Shown piece after piece: positions 25,201 to 40,200 of a stretch of DNA of 64,000 bases. Position numbers and translations under genes: made by a program. The DNA is taken from positions 41,106,001-41,170,000 of the forward strand of contig NC_047015.1 in the NCBI RefSeq assembly GCF_902652985.1, written 5' to 3'. Source of the stretch: Pecten maximus. Lineage: Eukaryota. Each line of letters starts with the position of its first letter. Positions within the stretch are counted from its first letter, which is position 1. The notes beneath the pieces are model-generated. The model made no database searches, was not told where the DNA came from, and worked only from the letters and a program-made list of their open reading frames with translations.

Positions 25201-28200
25201 CTTGTATTGACCTTGACACCTATACTTACCAGCGTTGGTGTCCTTGTATTGACCTTGACACTTGTACTTACCAGCGTTGGTGTCCTTGTATTGACCTTGA
25301 CACTTGTACTTACCAGCGTTTGTGTCCTTGTATTGACCTTGACACCTGTACTTACCAGCGTTTGTGTCCTTGTATTGACCTTGACACCTGTACTTACAAG
25401 CGTTGGTGTCCCTGGTACTGACCTTGACACCTGTACTTACCAGCGTTGGTGTCCTTGTATTGACCTTGACACCTGTACTTACAAGCGTTGGTGTCCTTGA
25501 CACCTGTACTTACAAGCGTTGGTGTCCTTGTATTGACCTTGACACCTATACTTACCAGCGTTGGTGTCCTTGACACCTGTACTTACCAGCGTTGGTGTCC
25601 TTGTATTGACCTTGACACCTGTACTTACAAGCGTTGGTGTCCTTGTATTGACCTTGACACCTATACTTACCAGCGTTGGTGTCCTTGCATTGACCTTGAC
25701 ACTTGTACTTACCAGCGTTGGTGTCCTTGTATTGACCTTGACACCTATACTTGCCAGCGTTAGTGTCCTTGCATTGACCTTGACACTTGTACTTACCAGC
25801 GTTGGTGTCCTTGTATTGACCTTGACACTTGTACTTACCAGCGTTGGTGTCCTTGCATTGACCTTGACACTTGTACTTACCAGCGTTGGTGTCCTTGTAG
25901 CTAAAACAGTGGTCAGTTGAGTTCCCACAGCATCATTCTCTCGGGCATTGGCTGTGTAAGTGCCCAAGCTGAATGATGGCAGCTGGCCTCGGACAACCCC
26001 AATGTTAAGTTGAGTAGTAGCAGTCTTTGCATTTGGATATCCATTATCTGTGACGGCAACTTGGCACTGGCAACAAAGGATACAAACAAGGCTATAAATA
26101 CATCTAATGCGATAAAGTATCAAAATAATTCTTAATTTTCCAAACGGACACAATAATAACACAAGGCTGCTGCAGACATAACCAAGCTACATACGTTGTA
26201 CTGTGGATCATTGGTGGTCTCCTGGTTCTCCTTCAGGTACACGATGCCAGTGGAGGATACGATGTAGAAAGCTTCTAGGCAACGTGTGTTACCAGTAAGG
26301 GAGTACTCCAGAGTATCCTGAAACACACATTTATTTCTACTATTATACATGCTGATTAACAATCACAACATAGCATTCTACAGGCATCCGACAGTAACTA
26401 AAAAAACATGAAAGAGATTTTTAATTCAAAAATATATAAATCAGCAAAACAAGATTGAGTGATTAAAATTAAAAGTAGTTTTGAGTGAGCTATCTACTGA
26501 TGACATACTTAAAAGTAAACAAAACAGTATTTGTACAAGATATTGCAATTTTGAGAATTATAACAAAATCATTTTTTTCAAAGGGAGACAACTCTGACAC
26601 TGACAAGGTTAGAAACTGAGTACCACTACAATATTCTCTCATGACTAAGGGTACATTTTGAGAATGCCTTACATTGTCGTTATCATTAGCCATGATCTGT
26701 ATTACACTGGTGCCTAATGGGTCGTCCTCCTGGACGTCGGCAGTGTAGAGTGGCTGTGAGAAGAATGGTGTGTTCGGGTTTCTCTCCATGGTGATAACAA
26801 CAAGACCTTCGCTCCACACTGAAGGGTTGTTATTGTCATAGGCACGTACAGTCAGCTGATAAAAAAAACCAGTACAAAACCACCATCAAAAACAGTACAG
26901 AACCACCATTAAAAACACTATTAATCAGTGAACAGAAAGGAAAGACATTAAAAAACCTATTGTTAGATTGGATTCAATTTAACACAAAATGATGCTTTAA
27001 GTTTTCCCAGTCGTTATCGTTTTTTCACTTTCAGAAAGGCATTGATATATTAATGGTACTTGGTCAATGTTTGAGGCTCTTGCCCCAGATATCCACTACA
27101 ATCAATACTAAAGTCAATATTTTGCCTTTCTTGCCCTAGATAGTCATAACAAGCAATACATAATGTTCTGTCTTTTCAATGTAAGATGACCTGTATCATT
27201 TTCTGTTCTTACCATATAAGGACTTCCCTATGTCAGCTAACTTACCGTGTAAACTGCAGTACGATCACCGCGGAGGTCCTGGTTCACAGTTATCTCACCG
27301 GTAGTGGAGTCAACGGTAAAGTAGAAATTTGCTGGAGGAATTCCCACAATCATGTAACGAATATCGGCCTGGGGAAGTACTGGATTATGGGCAGCAGACA
27401 CAGTTACCACATCATACCCAACGCCAACGTTTTCTTTAAGGTTCACGTCGTATTGGGGTAGGCCAAATACTGGTGCAGTTATTCTCTGAACGCTCACAAC
27501 AGCGTCTATATCTTTGGTATTAGGAGGTTTGCCTGAGTCAGTCGCTCTAACTACCATCTGTAGGCAAAAAAAAACAACAAAAAATGAACCAATCATTACC
27601 TTCATTGTTCTGGGTGAGACTTGTAAATGACAGAATAAGATAATATTATGTAAAATCTATACCTAGATCAACTGAAAAGGACTGCTATTGAAAACAGAAA
27701 GGAGATATTCTTATGTCGTTTCAAACTCCATATCTAAAATTTAAAGATGCTACTCGGCTGACAGGGTATAAAAGAAAACAAATTTAATGGTGTAAAAGTT
27801 ACTAACCAAAGATAGAGGTGGAGCATGATAGAATTTTGTCCCGAAGTAGTTAATTATCAATTCACTTAAAATTCAAATGAAAAGAGAAATTCAAACTTCT
27901 GGGCTGGTGGTAAAATTTGCAACATTTGACAATGTATAACAATATATACAACAGCTTATTCTTCTTTTCAATTGATCATAATTAACTCTTTGACAGTGCT
28001 GTAGTAACAATTGATCATAATTAACTCTTTGACAGTGCTGTAGTAACAATTGATCATAATTAACTCTTTGACAGTGCTGTAGTAACAATTGATCATAATT
28101 AACTCTTTGACAGCGCTGTAGTAACAATTGATCATAATTAACAATTTGACAGTGCTGTAGTAACAATTGATCATAATTAACTCTTTGACAGTGCTGTAGT

Positions 28201-31200
28201 AACAATTGATCATATAATTAACTCTGTGACAGTGCTGTAGTAACAATTGATCATAATTAACTCTTTGACAGTGCTGTAGTAACAATTGATCATATAATTA
28301 ACTCTGTGACAGTGCTGTAGTAACAATTGATCATAATTAACTCTTTGACAGCGCTGTAGTAACAATTGATCATAATTAACTCTTTGACAGTGCTGTAGTA
28401 ACAATTGATCATAATTAACTCTTTGACAGTGCTGCAGTAAGAAAACTTACGCTAAAGCTTGACACACTGCTGCTCGTCAGTGGTTCACGTAGATACATGT
28501 AACCTGTCTTGCGCTCAATGCTGAAATATTTTAAGGATTGACCATTTGGCTGTTTGTCCCCAATGAGATCATACACAACCTCATCCTGTAAAAAGACAAC
28601 AAATTATCTTAAATTCACATCAAAGCTTCAATCCGATTTTGTAAGCAAGATTTACCTTTTTTATTAAAATCCCTGATAAAATGTCTGGAAGAACAGTAAA
28701 GTGATGATGCTCCCTTGATGCTGTGTAATTATAAGTCTTAATAATAATTGTTTGTAACAAGCATTTTCATTGGCTTAAAAATTTATGCTCTCAGCAGGAC
28801 AGTCCATCATATTAAAAATGGCGCCGCATCTTGTTATGTGGTTATTGACTGACTGATACAGCAGTATTATAGTTTCTAAGAGAAAAGAGTTCAATAAAAG
28901 TAGATTTCTGCAGGGATTGTGTAATGCCAATTAAATTATCAGGATTAACTTGAATATGTTTTCTATGTTATGGAGCTCTCACAAAAACAGGAGTAAATTC
29001 TCATCATAAAATGCTTTGTGGTTTATTTTGAGCATAGTACTTTTTTTTTAATTATATCTCAATAAGGTAGATAAATATAAAGTTAATCCTTTACTGAATC
29101 AGATTTCAAGGTTTAAGTATATCAATTGTTTTATCAACATTATGACCAGTAATTATATAAAGAATCCCCAAATAACTATTGCCCTGTTGGAGTATGTTTG
29201 GGTTTATAAAGAATCTATACTGACTATATACATATACAAAATCTGGTTGATCTTCCTAGACAACTTACTGTACAGTATAATTAATACCAATTCGCAGGCG
29301 ACTGTTTTTAAAATAGTGACAAAATTTTTAGATTAATTTAACCAGCACGTTGCAGACTCACCCCATCAGCATCCGAAGCTGTGATGTTAAAAATGAGGAC
29401 TCCCATGGAAGTCAGCTCACTGATACTGGTGAAGTACTGCTGGCGGTCGAACACGGGAGAGTTGATGTTACGTCGCACATTAATCCTCAAAGTCATTGTA
29501 CCTCGGACATCAGGGTTAGCACTATCATAGGCCTCAATGGTCAACTGGAATACAAATAAGTCATATAATCCCTCAGCTATCCTACACGATGAGAGGATAT
29601 AAATCAGTAGACAAATTAGTCTTATAATCCCTCACTGTTATCCTACACAATGAGAGGATATAAATCAGTAGACAACTTAGTCTTATAATCACTCACAGTT
29701 ATCCTACACGATGATAGGATATAAATCTGTAGACAAATTAGTCTTATAATCCCTCACTGTTATCCTACACAATGAGAGGATATAAATCAGTAGACAACTT
29801 AGTCTTATAATCACTCACAGTTATCCTACACGATGATAGGATATAAATCAGTTGACAACTTAGTCTTATAATCACTCAGCTATCCTATACGATGAGTATA
29901 AAAATCAGTAGACAAATTAGTCTTATAATCCCTCACTGTTATCCTACACGATGAGAGGATATAAATCAGTTGACAACTTAGTCTTATAATCACTCAGCTA
30001 TCCTATACGATGAGTATAAAAATCAGTAGACAAATTAGTCTTATAATCCCTCAGCTATCCTACACGATGAGAGGATATAAATCTGTAGACAAATTAGTCT
30101 TATAATCCCTCACTGTTATCCTACACAATGAGAGGATATAAATCAGTAGACAACTTAGTCTTATAATCACTCACAGTTATCCTACACGATGATAGGATAT
30201 AAATCTGTAGACAAATTAGTCTTATAATCCCTCACTGTTATCCTACACGATGAGAGGATATAAATCAGTTGACAAATTAGTCTTATAATCACTCACTGTT
30301 ATCCTACACGATGAGAGGATATACATCTGTAGACAAATTAGTCTTATAATCCCTCACTGTTATCCTACACGATGAGAGGATATAAATCTGTAGACAAATT
30401 AGTCTTATAATCCCTCACAGTTATCCTACACGATGAGAGGATATATAAATCAGTGCTAAACTAACTCCATAGGGTTTAAAATTAACAAGGTTGAGCTAAC
30501 TTTGGAGATTTTAGCTTCGTGATTAGCAGAATTCATATCATGCCTGTTTGTCTTATGATACAGACTATGATAAACATATAAATCAAATATGAACAAGTAA
30601 ATACGTGCATGAGAACGTTGATGCTGATGTCAAAGGTAATGGAAAAATAAGATCACCTTGATCACACTTTTTCTTCCATTTTTTGTAACAAAACTAAAAC
30701 AGCAATTTTAAACTTACAATATAGGTAGTCCTTGCCAGTCCATCCTCCTTCAGGTCCTTTGTTATAAGGACATTACCATTGTGATCCACACGGAAGAATG
30801 TCTGTGCTGGGTAATTTCCTGTGACTACATATGTCATATTTCCCTGTGAAAATGAACCAGATTATATAAATATACCTATATATATACCTATACAACTAGC
30901 ACTGCTACAACAACTCTTACAACATGATGTGTCCATAATTCTATAAATGTCGGCTAAAATAATCACCACCATTGATTGATTCTGGCATGTTATTTCATTT
31001 TAGAAGTTTGACCTTGATGTATATTTCTCATGCCACACCTCACATTTTACCCTGTTCCTAGAGAATTGGCTTACCCCATACCCAAGTCCCCCTCCACCTT
31101 CCCATCTATCTATACCTCCTTGCAATTTATAGCCCTGATTTCTCGGTTACATACCCGTAAGTCAGCATCTGTCGCTGTGGCGGTGTAAATATTGAAGTCA

Positions 31201-34200
31201 ACGGGATCAGTTTCATCGATAGTAATCGTATCATCAGCATTATTGAATACTGGTGCCTGCTCATCTCTGTCTACCAGAATGGTAACCTGTGCGATGGCCG
31301 TTTTTTCAGGTGTACTTTGGTCTGAAGCTCTCACCGTAAACTAGAAAGAAATATTGGAAAACAGACGGTAAGCTGCTGCTGAAGTAATTCTATACTACTT
31401 TTAAAATTGGTTTTCAGGTAGTTACTCATGTCAACACAAGTTTAAACTTGTCGGTATTCTAATCAAGCACGGAGCATGTTTGAATTATAGAATTTTCAGT
31501 TCTGACATATGAAATGACACACAATGATCTAATTCATTTAATACTTTCATCTGCACATTGTCAAATCTTCTAAAAAAATTAACACTAAAATTATACAAAA
31601 AAATATCTAAAAAGGGGTTTTGAAATCATCATCATCGTGAAATGTAGATCATAATCTTTAACTTTTGAACAACAAGGACATTTGAGGTACTGAAGCAAAG
31701 GATAGAAACATTAGACATATTAAAAACACAAAACTCACAGTGAAAGATTTCTGAGCTGTTGATCTTAATGGCCGCAGAAGATATATTTCTCCCGTACCAG
31801 ACAGCAGGTAGAAGAAATCTACACCTCCTGATGTCACGGTGTACTGTACTGTGTCCTGTAATCAAATCATTATATGGACAGTGTAACTATATATATTTTA
31901 ACAACAAATATTTCACAAAATTACTTTCAACATAACTTATACCACTGCATCAGACATAACAAATCTAGATTTAAATTCTGAGGTATGCTGTTTTATACTC
32001 TTAAAGATTGGTTCCCAGGTATCTTCAGAATGTTTTTCTTCCACAACAGGACAATATTTATGATGATCGATGCATACCTTTATGAAAAGCCTATTGAATG
32101 GGTCACCCCATTAGCATAAAGTATGGAATGTCACATGACTATTTGGATCCAGTCAGCTTTAAATACATACCAGTATATATATGGAAAAGAATTAAATCAG
32201 AGAAAAGGACTTTCCATTTCATCACAGCAAGTTCCTTTACAAATTTGTACAAATTAACTCAAAGCTTAGAACTAATAAATACAGGAAAAAAGAAATGACT
32301 TAAATATTTTCACAAGGAACAAAAATGAAGAAAAAATACACAAGAATCCAAGATTTTATGTTTCCCTTACATGAAACATTTCTGTAGATTTCAAAGAATG
32401 GTAATATAAAACTTATTCATATATCTAAACTTAAATTCATAACAAATCATAATATATGATATCTAATATATATATTGTACTTACATTATCTGCATCAGAG
32501 GCAAAGATGGTGCCAATCTTTTGACCTAGCGGAGTGGTGTCTAAGATGGAGAATATGTAGAAGCCGTTGGAGGAGAAGACGGGGGGATTCGGATTCCTTG
32601 TCATGTTAACAGTCACCGTACTATTGATGGCCATGGAGGGAATCTCAGAATCGTAAACCTGTACTCGGAGCTGAAAAACAAAAAGTCAATGTTAGAGGTA
32701 ATTCTTAAAGTAAGTAAAATATTAAAATTGTTACTTTAACACTGAAAAATATGTTTTGATTCTTATTTACAATTTATTTATTATAAGTGGTTGTCACAAT
32801 TTGCTCAAAGGACATTAAGATTCTATAAAATACCATTATTTATCCTCAATATGCTCCTCCCCTAACGTAAAAGTTTAGTATGGGCATACAGTATATGTGA
32901 ACTACTTTTACCTTAATACAATGTATTGTCAAATTGATGATTCTGAATAAAATGAAGAAGGGGGCTTATTTGTGGGCAAGGACTTATTTGTAAGCAAGGG
33001 CTTATCTGGGGCTTAATTGTGGGCAATGACTTATTTGTACACAGGGGCTTATCGGGGCTTTTCTGTGGGCAAGGACTTATTTGTGAGCAGGGGCTTATCT
33101 GCAGACAAATACAGTACTAACCACATAATTGAGTGCATTGTCATTCCTCAAGTTCACACGTGGTGAAATTTCTCCTGAAGATGACAGCTGGAAGAAACTA
33201 GGTCCTGCACCATCACCAATCAGCTTGTATTCCAGTTTTCCACCAGTTTCCTAAAACAGCCAATATGTTAACAAAATAATTACATTTTATCAGAATAAAA
33301 GTTAAGATATTCATTAACTATTATCTTTTGTCCTGCTTAATTATATTTCTTGAACTCCCTTACCATTTTGAAATCCCCTAACGTGCAGTGAAGCTTTGTT
33401 AACTCAAAATAGACAACAAGCAGACAGGTGTTTGTGTAAATGGCTAACCTATATTATTATTGATTAAGAAAAACAGACAATTTCTGAGTATGTAAATACT
33501 AAAAAGGAGGGAGAAAACAAAATTCTCAGTACACTTGCTCTAAACAATAATAAGTTGAGCCACCCTTTAATAAACCATGTATCACCAATGCTGTAAGTAT
33601 CTAGTAATCAAAAACATGAAAGGTGCTAACAAATAGCAATCATAACTGATTGAAAACTAGAATAGACAGTTGTATATTTTTGTACAATACCTAGCATTAC
33701 AGTAGAATTTCTTTACCCTTCAATGCATCACAAACCTTCAAAAGTTTGAAATCCGAATCTTATCCTTTAAACTAAAAAAGTGGATGAATAGTTTGTATCA
33801 GTAAGACATTCTATGGTTGCCTGTCTCTATACTTTATATATATAACTTTTGGTCCGATATACAATCATTCTAAGGAAGCTGATATTATGATGTCATTTTT
33901 CTAATGTTAAATCCGATACATGATATTTCCATACTTAGGGTGCCGTTATATAAATTTTTGCGAGAAGCAGTACAATGTAAAGTGACAGTGTAATAGGTTT
34001 TGCACAATATACCATGTTTTTTTTCAGCCTGTATCCCACCGATACTTACACTTAAATCCACATCTGTGGCAGACACAGTGAAGAGGCGCACATTTACACT
34101 AGATCTCTCGGCTACATTGATCGTGGCAGGGATGTTATTGAATCCAGGAGGCTGATTTGGATTAACAAAAACAGTCAAGGATGCATTTGTTGTTTTGGGT

Positions 34201-37200
34201 GGATTCCTCTGGTCACTGGCCTCAATAGTCATCTGTAAAAATGATGATTAATATACAAAACAGTGATTAAAATACAATAAGCATTGTAACCAAACAGTTA
34301 ACAGACTTCTACTGTAAGAAGGACATTTATTCACTGATATTATGACTTATCAACCACTAACAGGATAGCATTAGAATCTCACAGCATTAGATCGATATTT
34401 ATATTTTTTATCCTGATCAAACATCCACCAATGGGACGGTCCGAAGATTAAAGGACATTTAAACTGACTAAACTAATCACTTTCTGAACACCTGGGCTAA
34501 TTAAAAATACAACACCCTTCCCCCAATTCAATTTTTTTTTGTTTTTAATTAAAACATATTTTGATCCTCCAACAAATGAGACCGCTGGGGTTGGGGAGCC
34601 CTCGGTCAGCACTTATGATAATTTGTGTCCTAACAATTACAAATATCCAAATTCACAGACTTAAATAATATCTTTGGAATTATATGTCTCAGTCAGGTAT
34701 GTAGTTTTTTACTTACAACATAAGTAACTGGGTCTGGCCGGCTATAAAGGTACACGACGCCTGTATCGGGTGTAATGTAGAACTTCTGTGTGGCCTCTGA
34801 TGGTCCCAGAATTCTGAATGCCATAACATCCTGCAAGAGTACCAGTTCAAAATCTATATCTTACTGCACTAAAAAACTTCTAACTTACGAGGTAATACCT
34901 TGTCAAAATGAAAAGATAGTTAAGTGATCAGATAACAAAATACTCCTTACAGAGTTGAATTCAATGAGCTACAATTCTGATTCTCAGAGAAGTCTTACTA
35001 TGATTACAAATCATTGGACAAAGATAATACTAATTATCATACTTACGTTATCGATGTCGCCGGCTGACACAACCAATACTGATTTTCCAAATGGATGGTA
35101 CTCATTGATGGCCTGCGAGTATTGGCCATTTGAGCTGAAGACAGGTGCCCCAGGGTTGCGAATCACACGAATATTCAGCACTGCAGAATCTTTGTTATTT
35201 GGGTAGTAAGAATCATAGACAGCAACAGTCATCTGTAAAAATAAGCCAGCTTGACTAATTAATGACTGATTGTCTTTTTATTTATGCAGACGAACTGGTT
35301 TGTCTATTTAAAAAATTTCAGGAATAGATTTTTAAGAGTTTTCAGATGTTAATACAGGCCTTGAAAATTTTTGTCAAGGCTCGTCTGAAAGCAACATAAG
35401 GCCACTAGGTCCATTCTTATTTCACAAACTCAAACAATGGCAAAACAATGGATTTTGTGATTGGATCTGAGTGGCTGAAACAGGTACCAGCTAAATAATT
35501 CATATTTTTCATTTTAAATTTGATTACTTTTAAATGAAAAACTGCAGGTTTTAAGGCCTTTGACAAAATTTAGAGTTAGAACATCTGAGTGAAAAGGATA
35601 CTTCCGTCTTAAAATGGGAGACAGAATATATATAAATCTGGAATAATTTCCAGTATCTGTCAAGACAAACTTCATTTTGTACTTGTAATATGCAAAAGGA
35701 TGAATAAAAAGATTTTAAAACTGAAAAAAAAGAAAAAAAAAAGACAAACTTCAATTATAACATCATCATGGAGATACTTACGACAAAGTTGACTACATTA
35801 GTGGTCATCAAATCTTTGCGGACATAAACGGTGCCATCACTCCCTACCCAGAAATAGGCCATCGCCAGTCCATCTCCACTGACCATGTATTGGAGGGTTC
35901 CCTGTCAAACACATCTCAATGTCTAAATACATATCTTATTGGAGGGTTCCCTGTCAAACACATCTCAATGTCTAAATACATATCTTCATAAGACCATAAA
36001 ATACACAGATCAGTACATGTTGCCTGTAGAATCCCTAACGGAGTTACCTGCCGGCAACATGGCTCTTTTTTTTTACAACAGTGAATTATTTTAAGCTGAT
36101 GTAACTTTTTTGTAATTGAATTTTATAGTAATTGCATATATGTTGTAAGACGTCCATCCCAAGGTCAGACTTCCTGTTTATAAGGAAGTAGATAGCACAT
36201 TAACATTTTGTTACTAGAATCATTAATATCCATGGACAAGGAACGGCAAGTGTTTGGTGATAAACAAGGGAGACAATAAGTCTCTACGGATATAAACATT
36301 GGTAATGGACATCTTTCCATTGTCATTGGATTCTATTGTAATATTAACAATAATGTAGAGTTATAATATGATCATCAATACAAAATGTTATCAAAAATAT
36401 CAATAAAGAAATCTTTATCTAACAATAATCCGTAAGAGAAATGAAAATTATATATATCTAAATGTAGACATTTACCCTGCGATCTGCGTCACTAGCAACC
36501 AGTCTGTATACAGGTTGTGTATTGTTAACTGGTTCAGTCTCTGGAACGGTTATAGAATAGTTCTTTGGGAACAGGAATGCTGGATTAGAACTGTCTCTCT
36601 CAATGGTGATAGTTACAGTTGCCAGTCCAAACTTCTCTGGAGTGCCCTGGTCTCTGGCTCGTACATTAAACTGAAAGAGTCAATTGTTTAATTAGTGATA
36701 ATGATTTCTAGATGTTAGATAAATCATTAACTGATGCAGACGCGTATGGTGACAACACACAACCGATATTCCACATAGGCGTAATGGATGGAATAAAACA
36801 CTGAAAACTACTTACCTCAAAAACAACAAAAAAACAAAAACAAGGTGCTTCATAATTGCCACATTTAAATTGATAGATACTTTTTGTCTCAATTATTTGT
36901 CAAACTTCATGAAATTTATATAAATGAAAAAAATCTCTTTTACAGTATGAAGTGTATTGGCCTATTTTGCATTGTGTAATTTACCATGCATGTCACCTCT
37001 GATAAGAAGTTCTCAGGTGTAATAATAATTATTGTTTCAGTACATTCCTGGACAAACTTACACTATACTGGGCCACAGGCGCTGACGACTTCAAATCTCC
37101 GACGACTGAAATCACACCTGTTTCACCGTTGATAAAGAAGAACTTCATGGCTTCAAATCCAGATGTATCATTCACTATGTTATATCTCACGTCATCCTGC

Positions 37201-40200
37201 AAATTACATAAATGGTTTTTATCACAAGATTTCCCTGACTCAACTTTTCAGCATTAAAGTATCTTTATAACAAACTAAAAATACAATAGTCATATTCTTC
37301 ACATCATGGACAAGTTTATTTTTTTCTCCATTTGCAGCATAAAATTCATCAGCATGAATTGGTATTTTAAACTTTTGTAAAGGAAAAGTTAAATAACACG
37401 GAAATTCATCAAAGCCATATCCAAACCTAACTTGCATGCTTGTTGTATTTTATTATAATTGACTACAATAATTAAAAAAAAAAAATACATATATATATCT
37501 CACCCCATCAGGGTCTATAGCTTCGACAGGCATGACGATCGACCCAGGACCGTAAGTCTCTGGGATGGTAATAGTATACTGTGCACCATTTGTAAACTGT
37601 GGCGAGGCGGGGTTGCGGATGACCGTAATAGGAACATTTGTCTCTGCTTTCAAGTCAGGGTTCGCCATATCATAGGCTTCAACACGTAGCTGTTTTCAAA
37701 AGAAGGTCAACATGATCAAGATTGTGAGTGAAGATTAAAAAAAAAAGAAAAAAAGTTAAAGTGAAGGAAACAAAAATCTCCAATTAAATTTTGTCGATTG
37801 ACAATTTGAAGTCTGACTCTTACATGATCAATTTAACATTTATGAATAATTTTTGTATGAAATTTATAAATTTTAAGAAAATACTTTAAAAATTAAGTCT
37901 AAAATATATTTCCTTTTATAATTTGAACTGTTGAAATACATAAAAGCAATCACAGAAATAATGAGAAGGACTTACTGTGTAGACGAGTGTGTTGTAGACA
38001 TCAGTGTTGAGATCACGTGACACAAATATTTGTCCAGTGGAATCATCGATGCGGAAATGATTTGGAGCAGGGAATATTCCAACAATCTCATACATAATCC
38101 TTGATGGCAACTAGCATGAAAAGAAAAAAAAAACAGAAAAGAATGATACAATAAAAAATGCTCTAAATTCTAAGAGGTCCATATTTAGAAATAAATGAAC
38201 CTTTCTCAAAACTTTGTAATCTTTAATTCCAAAGGATACAATATTTCAATATCAAAAACTTTCTAAAATCATTTTCAAAACAGGTAGAATAAATAAAAAA
38301 TAAACAATGAATGTTTAAATATGTCATGTGTAATTAATTTTAAACATAGTTACAATAATGTCCCTTTCTAACTTTAAAATATGAAAAGTCTAAAATCTAA
38401 AAGATGAGGAAATGTGATGATCATATCAAACAAAAAATTTTTTTTTACATATTAATTATGTACATCGTTCAGATTAAAATATCTGCCAGAGATCACTCAC
38501 AAGTAAATCATCATCTACTGCAGTGACTCTTTCAACCTCTGTCACAGTGTCTTGTGTGAAGAATATCGTGGCATCGTAGGGCGTATTAACGAAATATGGT
38601 CTCTTATCTGCTGGGTTTCGTATGATGTCAACGATCATCTGAATAGTGCTGGATTGTCCTCGTTGATCAGCTGCTTCAATGACCATCTGTAAAACAAAAA
38701 GGAAAGTCTTACAAAGAGTGAAAAGAAATCTCCACTACTAACAGGAATGTAGAAATCTCCACTACTAACAGGAATGTGAGTACACCCAATCTCAATTTTA
38801 TCTAAAAGTAATTTTTTAATTAACAGTAACATGTCACTGCCTATGAATGTAAATTTTGCTATGCAAGAACATTTATCTCATAGTTTTTAATATGAATTCA
38901 GCGATCCTTTCTAAGTTAACAATTTGAATACAGCGATCCTCTCCAAGTTAACAATTTGAATACAGCGATCCTTTCTAAGTTAACAATTTGAATACAGCGA
39001 TCCTCTCCAAGTTAACAATTTAAATACAGCGATCCTCTCCAAGTTAACAATTTAAATACAGCGATCCTCTCTAAGTTAACAATTTGAATACAGCGATCAT
39101 CTCTAAGTTAACAATTTGAATACAGCGATCCTCTCCAAGTTAACAATTTAAATACAGCGATCATCTCTAAGTTAACAATTTGAATACAGCGATCCTTTCT
39201 AAGTTAACAATTTGAACACAGCGATCCTCTCTAAGTTAACAATTTGAATTCAGCGATCCTTTCTAAGTTAACAATATGAATACAGCGATCCTTTCTAAGT
39301 TAACAATATGAATACAGCGATCCTTTCTAAGTTAACAGTGTTTATCTCTGCACACTGTTCCAAACATTTTTTCCCCAATTAATACAAAGTCCCACTTCAC
39401 ACAAAGTAGAAAATTTGTCTGACAAGATGTGGAAATGAAATCACTGTAACATGTAGCCAAACCACTTACAATGGTGTTGTTGAAAAGTGCCCCTGTCAGC
39501 AGTTTTTTGGTTATGAGCAGTCCTGAGGAAGGATCAAGAAGGAAGAACTGGTCGCCATTGTTGATTGAAGAAACAATTCTGTAGGTCACAACATCCTGTA
39601 AAACACAAACCCATGTGTTATCATTCATGATAAAATACCAGATAATACAGTATTGAGTAAAATATATAAACACAAACCCCAGTGCTATCTATAATAAAAT
39701 ACCAGATAATACAGTATTGAGTAAAATATATAAACACAAACCCCAGTGCTATCTATAATAAAATACCAGATAATACAGTAATGAGTAAAATATATAAACA
39801 CAAACCCCTGTGCTATAATAAAATACAAGATAAAACAGCAATCAGTAAGATATATAAACACAAACCCGTGTTATCATTCATAATAAAATATTAGATAATT
39901 CAGCAATCTAAAACATACATCCATATCATTCCATTTTTAAATAGTTATCTAAAACTGGCTCACAAATAAGCTCTCCTTAAGCTTTGATACTAAACTCTTA
40001 TGCTGGGGTCGGGGGTACTCCTATAACATAGGAGGCCGCAGGTCGGCTCTTTTTCTATCGGATATGATTTTGCCGACTGCAACCTCTTATTTCCGAAGCA
40101 CTAATTCTTTGATGCAGCTTGTGCCTGAAATCCAGGCGCAAAGAAATATGCTTGGAAAAAACACTTCAGTGTTTGACAGGTCATAACAATGATGTCTACG

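Noticed and set aside
24811-25920. Cys-rich or Val/Leu-rich ORFs in the 42-bp array as independent genes
   Set aside because: They are alternative frames of the repeat. Only the frame continuous with exon 52 has any coding rationale.
15570-27280. RGD motifs in exon 49 (LRGDR) and exon 67 (IRGDG) as integrin ligands
   Set aside because: Two tripeptides in ~4,500 aa is near chance, and there is no conservation evidence.
27891-28404. ORFs in the 39-bp array (and similarly 60666-61216 and 62339-62620)
   Set aside because: They are minisatellite translations with no domain signal, apart from the part overlapping true exon 3.
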